From Eledone cirrhosa (lineage: Eukaryota), in the NCBI GenBank assembly GCA_964016885.1, contig OZ024743.1, forward strand, positions 375,410,001 through 375,474,000: 64,000 bases of DNA, read 5' to 3'. Numbering within the stretch: position 1 is the first letter of the stretch; each line of letters starts with the position of its first letter. The notes below the pieces were generated by a model. That model worked only from the letters and a program-made list of their open reading frames with translations, was not told where the DNA came from and did not search any database. Below are positions 57,228 to 64,000 of this stretch, one piece after another. Made by a program: the position numbers and the translations under genes.

Positions 57228-57272
57228 AATATTGGACTAGTTTCGATGTTGTTACATCTCATCAGCAATATT
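57228..57272 (-). ncRNA. Minimal type-I hammerhead ribozyme (canonical core)
   Basis: AAUAUUG-CUGAUGA-GAUGU-aaca-ACAUC-GAAA-CUAG-UC-CAAUAUU. Confidence 0.9.
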
Positions 57273-57693
57273 TACCTATCTTCCGGCCTTTCTAGAGAAT
57301 CGTAAAAGCACATATCGTTATATGCTTTTTCTATGAAAATTAGTAGTGGGCAGACTAATTTGCATAGAGCGTGAGTACGTACCGGTTCAGCGGAGACGAT
57401 AAAAACAGATAACGAAACGAAATTAAATTTTGTTTCGTTTGTAACTCACTTTTGTATGACTGACGCTTAAACAATTAAGTTAAAAATGTACATCCACATA
57501 TGTATACTGAAATACTAGTATGCATATGAATACACACACGTGTACATATGTAGATGTACCGAGTTTTTCACTGCACACTTTACTGTGAGTGTCCAGCTAT
57601 TCTGTATGTAAACACACAGACAAACCGGTTTTTAGAGTCATACTGGTTTTCGAGGAAACACCTTTCCTCTATTCTCCAGAAAGCCAGACAAGG

Positions 57694-57738
57694 AATATTG
57701 GACTAGTTTCGATGTTGTTACATCTCATCAGCAATATT
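57694..57738 (-). ncRNA. Minimal type-I hammerhead ribozyme, second tandem copy
   Basis: Identical to 57228-57272, 466 bp away. Confidence 0.9.
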
Positions 57739-58013
57739 TACCTATCTTCCGGCCTTTCTAGAGAATCGTAAAAGCACATATCGTTATATGCTTTTTCTAT
57801 GAAAATTAGTAGTGGGCAGACTAATTTGCATAGAGCGTGAGTACGTACCGGTTCAGCGGAGACGATAAAAACAAATAACGAAACGAAATTAAATTTCGTT
57901 TCGTTTGTAACTCACTTTTGTATGACTGACGCTTAAACAATTAAGTTAGAAATGTAAAAAGCATATAACGATATGTGCTTTTACGATTCTCTAGAAAGGC
58001 CGGAAGATAGGTA

Positions 58014-58058
58014 AATATTGCTGATGAGATGTAACAACATCGAAACTAGTCCAATATT
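58014..58058 (+). ncRNA. Minimal type-I hammerhead ribozyme, inverted copy
   Basis: aatattg ctgatga gatgt aaca acatc gaaa ctag tc caatatt, read directly on the + strand. Confidence 0.9.
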
Positions 58059-58292
58059 CCTTGTCTGGCTTTCTGGAGAATAGAGGAAAGGTGTTTCCTC
58101 GAAAACCAGTATGACTCTAAAAACCGGTTTGTCTGTGTGTTTACATACAGAATAGCTGGACACTCACAGTAAAGTGTCCAGTGAAAAACTCGGTACATCT
58201 ACATATGTACACGTGTGTGTATTCATATGCATACTAGTATTTCAGTATACATATGTGGATGTACATTTCTAACTTAATTGTTTATATATATA

Positions 58293-58340
<48 letters not shown>

Positions 58341-58434
58341 AGCAAAGAGTTATTTAATTTGTTGGTTATTCAACAAATTTATTTATAACAGATTCGAAGC
58401 ACTCTACAAGTTTCTTATGGAGTATAATATCAAT

Positions 58435-59156
58435 AATATTAATAAATGGAAACTATCTTTATAAAACCATATTTATTTTATTTTATATATTTCAAGGGTA
58501 CCAACACTTTTGGTACGCTCTCATTAGATAAAATATACAAGTTGTTTTATAGTAATTATTGGGTCTATTCTAATTAGAATAGACCCAATAATTAGTACTA
58601 TCTCTCACTTTTTAAAATTGATATTCTACCACTTCAACACATTTATAATTCTCATATTATATTATAGATACTACCAAAATATATAATTATATAATTAAAT
58701 AAATAAATATAATTATTTCACTCGCTTTACACCATCACTAATACGATCCATACAATTATATATTAATAATAATAGTCTATTTCTAACTATAATATACTTT
58801 TTCTTATATTCTTTCCTTAAATTTTATTACACCCTAATATTTATATTAACGTCTCTCTCTTCTTCCCTTAAAAAATTAAAAAATAATACTAATAATTATT
58901 TAACTTTACCTAGCGTCTAAATATAACGATCTTTTTCAACTTTACGTTATCCTCATTAACATATTCATCCTCAGATTTGAATTTCGTTCACTGTTCAAAC
59001 AGAACTTAAAACGATAAGTTCTTGTTTTGGGATATGTCACTATCTATAAAACAACTTTTGTATTTTATCTGATGAGTGCGTACCAAAAATATACCTTGAA
59101 ATATATATAATAAAATAAATATGGTTTTATAAAGATAGTTTCCATTTATTAATATT
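58435..59156. mobile_element. AT-rich PLE pseudo-LTR remnant with ~115-bp inverted arms (58435-58552, 59044-59156) and an HHR at 59061-59117 (+)
   Basis: UAUUUUAU-CUGAUGA-...-GAAA-UAUAUA-UA-AUAAAAUA; stem II is better preserved in the left arm. Confidence 0.65.
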
Positions 59157-59169
59157 ATATATATATATA

Positions 59170-59882
59170 TTGCACATGGGTTACATATGATAAAAAGAGT
59201 CCTTCGTCAGTGATTTTCCAGCCATCATTGGTATTTCATCGCATTAAAAATCAGATACCTCAGGTTGGTGCGAGCAATAACTAAAAAAAGTTATTGGGAC
59301 CCGAATTCGCGTAAGGCAAAGGGGGACAAGTAAACAACATAGAAGGATAAAAGCAAACCGAAGATAGGAAAATAAACAAGCAACATGGTTGTCCGGTCAG
59401 CATAATCTGGGTGGATTTCATGAGCGAGAGATGTACAGACCGTGTTGATGTGTGTGAGATGTGAGCAAGAAGAGACCCACACAAGCCAAACGGGAGGAAG
59501 TGAGAAGGGAAGAAACAGAGAGTGGGTGAGTGGAAGTGTGAGGAAGAGGTCAGTCGAGAGAAAGTGTAACTGACAGAGGGGGCGAAAGAAGGTGAGAGAA
59601 ACAGAGAGAGCGGGGAAGCAGTAAGAGAGAAACAGACAAACGCAGCCGAGGTAAATATATATAAAAAACATGAGAAGAAAGAAGATAACTGCGTGGTTTG
59701 CACATGGGTTACATATGATAAAAAGAGTCCTTCGTCAGTGATTTTCCATACATCATTGGTATTTCATCGCATTAAAAATCAGATACCTCAGGTTGGTGCG
59801 AGCAATAACTAAAAAAAGTTATTGGGACCCGAATTCGCGTAAGGCGAGGGGGACAAGTAAATAACATAGAAGGATAAAAGCG
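59170..59882. repeat. Direct repeat of ~185 bp with a 528-bp period (59170-59354, 59698-59882)
   Basis: Near-identical direct copies; abuts the truncated PLE ORF. Confidence 0.85.
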
Positions 59883-61150
59883 CCATTTATATTAGATGCA
59901 ATCAGACTTATTCTGGAAAACAACACTTTCTTCTTCAATGGAAAGAATTACATCCAAATTAGAGGCACAGCGATGGGAACGAAGTTTGCTCCCGTTTACG
60001 CGAACTCTGTAATGGGATACTTAGAACAACAACTCTACCAAGAAATAGAGGAAAAATATAGTACTGACTTTAGAAAGTACATTGAAAAGTATTGGAAGAG
60101 ATACCTTGACGACTGTTTCATCTCATCTGGACAGAATCTCTAGATACTCTGGATAAGTTCAATATTCTCCTGAATAACCTACACCCATCTCTCCAATTTA
60201 CAAAAGAGATGAGTAGTACCAAATTACCATTCCTAGATATAATGGTAATAAAAAACGACACCATCATTACCACGGATATATACTATAAACACACAGACAC
60301 CCATCAATATCTGAATTTTAAGTCGTGCCATCCACCTCATACAAAACGCAACATCCCATACTGCCTAGCCAGAAGAATTTGTACCATTATAGAAAATACG
60401 AATACCAGGAACAAACGCCTAACAGAACTGAGAGAATTTTTGCTCAAACAAAAATACCCATCTCTACTTATAGAAAATGGCATACAGCGAGCTATAAAAC
60501 TACCTATACAACAACTTAGGACAACCCAAGGAAGAAGAAACCAAGAACTGGTCATACCATTTATAATGACACACAACCCATGTCACCAGAATATCTTCAA
60601 CACTTCCAAAGCAAACCTTCCGATCATTGCTCAAAGTAATGAATTAAAAGGTTTAATCACAGATCGATCTTTGACTCTTAGTAAAAGACAGCCGAAAAAT
60701 TTGAAGCAATTACTAACAAAGGCAAAATTTGACCTTAACAACAAAGACCAATCATTCACTGTATCTAAATGCAATGATAGTCGATGTGACACAGGTCAGT
60801 TCATACATATTGGTCAATATATGAACACAAAAACTGGAAAAATATTCCCAAATACAAATATGAACTGCAAAAGCAGAAATCTAATTTACTGCATTAAATG
60901 CCCGAATTGTGAAGAACTATATGTCGGTCAAACTGGAAATGCACTATCGGAACGTGCACGGGTGCACCGACAGAAAATCAGAGACCCAAATGTCCGTCAG
61001 ATACCCCTGAGTAACCATCTAGCAACATGTGGTCAAAAAATATTTATAATATTTCCATTCTACAAACTACACAGCCCAAGTGAAATCAAGAGAAAAATTA
61101 AAGAAAAGAATTTTATTGATAAATTTCAACCCAAGCTAAATGAACAATAA
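59883..61150 (+). pseudogene. 5'-truncated Penelope-like element ORF (RT + GIY-YIG), frameshift near 60120
   Basis: ILENNTFFFNGKNYIQIRGTAMGTKFAPVYAN, KRYLDD, LPFLD, YYKHTDTHQYL; NLIYCIKCPNCEELYVGQT...R...H...E..FI..FQPKLN. Confidence 0.93.
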
Positions 61151-61557
61151 TAATGCTTAGGGTATTACTCCTACTATGACTACGCCTACGACCATGTCGA
61201 CTACCACCACTAACAACAACAACAACAACAATAATAATAATAAAAGTGTTGTTGATGGTGATGATTACTGAAGATTTTTTATAAAAACCCTAGAAAATGC
61301 TATTTTCATCATTTCTAAAAATAGTAAAACAATTGATGGTTTGGATAGGGTCAAATAGAAGTCGTTAGACATGCTCAACCAACCGTTACGCCTAAACCAA
61401 TCAGCTTTAGTAATCTAGTGAAACTACACACCAATTTGTCGAAATAGAGTTTGCAAAACTTAGCATCCTGTAGCCCCTTTTTACTGTATATAAGGCACAG
61501 ATTTTACCCATCTCATTACAGTTGAAAATTGTAAACTTGACTGTTACCACTGAATAG

Positions 61558-61594
61558 GAACCTGAAGATTGTGAAAGCATGAAAGTACTTGTTC
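61558..61594 (+). ncRNA. Minimal type-I HHR in the PLE 3' pseudo-LTR
   Basis: GAAC-CUGAAGA-uUGU-gaaa-GCAu-GAAA-GUAC-UU-GUUC. Confidence 0.7.
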
Positions 61595-61702
61595 AATTAA
61601 CATTAAACACTTAATATTCTACCATACTATTTCATTATAATATCATTATAATTTTAAAGGATTGTAAATAAAACGAGTAAATCAAAGTTGGAATTCCTTT
61701 TA

Positions 61703-61738
<36 letters not shown>

Positions 61739-61844
61739 TACATATATATATATGCATACATATATATATGTATATATCTATATCTATATATATATATATA
61801 TATTAGCATGGCTCTTTAAATTACAAGTATAACACATTTTCACT

Positions 61845-61968
61845 ACCTGATTGGACTGTAGAAACATGAAATAAAGTCTCTTGCTCAAGGACAAAACTTG
61901 CCACTGAGAATCAAACTCACGACCTTACGATTGTTAGCCAGAGACTCTAACCAGAAATCCATGTGCCT
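61845..61968 (-). mobile_element. tRNA-SINE family 2 fragment
   Basis: cttgctcaaggaca...gaatcaaactcacgacctt...ctctaacca; reverse of the 37243 type. Confidence 0.65.
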
Positions 61969-62220
61969 TCATGGTACAGTCAGACTTTTTTCTCTATCTT
62001 ATTTAACTTGTTTATTACAAAAGATCACGAAATGAAGAGCCTAAGACTAAACAATGGATGTTGCTCTTCATTGTGATTTCCTTCTTCTCAAGAGAAACAT
62101 ATTCTGCTGTCGGCTGCGGTTCTAAATTTAACATTTCCATGGAGATGTTAGATTCAATTGAATACATTTCATTTACACTATTTTAGCAACACGATCTTTT
62201 CCTTTGATAATATATATTTT

Positions 62221-62300
<80 letters not shown>

Positions 62301-62361
62301 AATATAATGAAACGAAATTTCATTTCTCATATATATGTATATATATATATATATACATATG

Positions 62362-62413
<52 letters not shown>

Positions 62414-62488
62414 TGCATATATATATATACATATATACATATATATAATAATAATTTTTCTTCCTCATAATCGTCTCTTTCTCCCTGT

Positions 62489-62527
<39 letters not shown>

Positions 62528-62596
62528 ACTCTCTGTCTCTTTAGCTCTCTCTGCCCTCCTTTCTCTCTCTCCCTCTCTCTCTCTTTCTCTCACTCA

Positions 62597-62644
<48 letters not shown>

Positions 62645-63703
62645 TTCTTCTCTCCTTTCTCTCTCTCCCCCTCTCATTCTATGTGCGTGTATATATGTGT
62701 GTGCGAATGTATATACATATATTTATATATATATACATATATATATACATAATTATACATATATATGTGGTGGTGTGGACAGAAAGTTTATTAATGTGTC
62801 CGTAGCATGCAAGGGTAACTCCAGAGTAACAGGCTACTGGATCAACCTTAATAAACTGTTCATCACTACATTGTTCTTGGGTACTCATTATCATAATCGC
62901 CAATATTTAATGGATATATACATATATATATATACCATCATCATCATCGTCGTTGTCGTCATTTAACGTCTGTTCTTCCGTGCTGGCAACGAAACATATA
63001 AAGAGAAAGACAACACTATTATATAGACTTTAAGTTTCTCTGTAAATATTTAATTATCCGTGAGTATAAAACGCACACAAAACGTCTGTGATCTTTTGGA
63101 TGTTTTACTTTGATGGTCTTGTAACTGCATGTTGCTGATAATGTCAAACCTTATCGCCTGCTATTATGGTCGGTTTTTATTAATAGAGATAGGTCAAAGG
63201 TCTGGCGATCATACCCTAGGTCGAGTTAGTAAATTGTGAGATTACTCTGCCAATATATATTAGTCATCGCTTCCCTTGGAATGTTCAACCGACTGAAAGT
63301 TTTCTAGAAGGAATTTCCACCAGTGAGGACAGTTAGACAATAGTTCATATATTTTGTTAAGGTAGCAGAATGAAATTTGGTATTTCGTGGTTTAGAAGTA
63401 AACATGTTAACCACTCAGGCATACATCTTTATTCATTAAGAATAGATAACCTTATATACAGTGTAAGCCATAATTAACTTACTGGCTACAAAGAAACATA
63501 ATAATTGTTTCTACTTTTGGCACAAGGCCAGCAACAAGGAAACATATAATGGCTTTCTTACAAACGAGCAGCATTCTGAACATCTAATGTAACTATATAA
63601 ACCTAATTGCCTATGTATGACTTTTGTGTCACTTTAATGACACTATAGTTTCTTTCTAATTCACATTTCTTAACAGTAAGCTGGTAAGCTAATTATAGTC
63701 AAT

Positions 63704-63786
<83 letters not shown>

Positions 63787-64000
63787 AAAATTATCTCGGA
63801 TAACGAGTTTGAAGCGCGAGTGCATTAGAATTCGTAGTATAATGGGAAAAACTCAACGCAAGGAAGATGTTAAAACAGCCAAATGCTGTCAATGTCGACG
63901 CCGGGTAAAATTTACCTCAAAGAACAGAAATCAGCGGCTAGAAGTTCGTTGGGCAGCAGAAGTATATATATAATTGTTGTGATATAAAAATGAGTTTTCA

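Larger units (their letters stand above)
56936..58284. mobile_element. Retrozyme-like array: 466-bp unit x2.2 (56936-57956) plus a 329-bp inverted copy (57956-58284)
   Basis: Near-identical tandem units, one HHR in each full unit and one in the inverted copy, no coding capacity, (TA)n on both sides. Confidence 0.85.

Noticed and set aside
57123-58163. Identical 60-aa ORF present three times
   Set aside because: A consequence of the DNA repeat; non-ATG start, antisense to the HHR, not evidently conserved in the 20-kb sister element.

Overview
AT-rich eukaryotic (animal) repetitive DNA. The SINE families and very dense (TA)n/(TG)n/(TC)n microsatellites resemble octopus genomes, but the organism is an inference. 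No host protein-coding gene is supportable. The first ~13.1 kb is a 38-bp tandem satellite with higher-order duplications. The rest is a mosaic of: Penelope-like elements (PLEs; RT + GIY-YIG); one Ty3/Gypsy LTR element with both LTRs and a 4-bp TSD; RTE, CRE-like and L1/Tx1 LINE fragments; tRNA-derived SINEs; hAT MITEs; and a non-autonomous Helitron-like element. The main hidden signal is RNA structure. At least a dozen minimal type-I hammerhead ribozyme (HHR) motifs occur, some intact and many degenerate. The best are in two non-coding, retrozyme-like tandem units (466 bp at ~56.9-58.3 kb; 428 bp at ~20.1-20.7 kb) whose HHR stems covary and which both carry an ATGCAAAT octamer upstream. Also present are long palindromes that appear centred on HHR stem II, and a recurrent bulged hairpin downstream of HHRs in several families. 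All structures were read by eye; ribozyme activity and novelty are untested.
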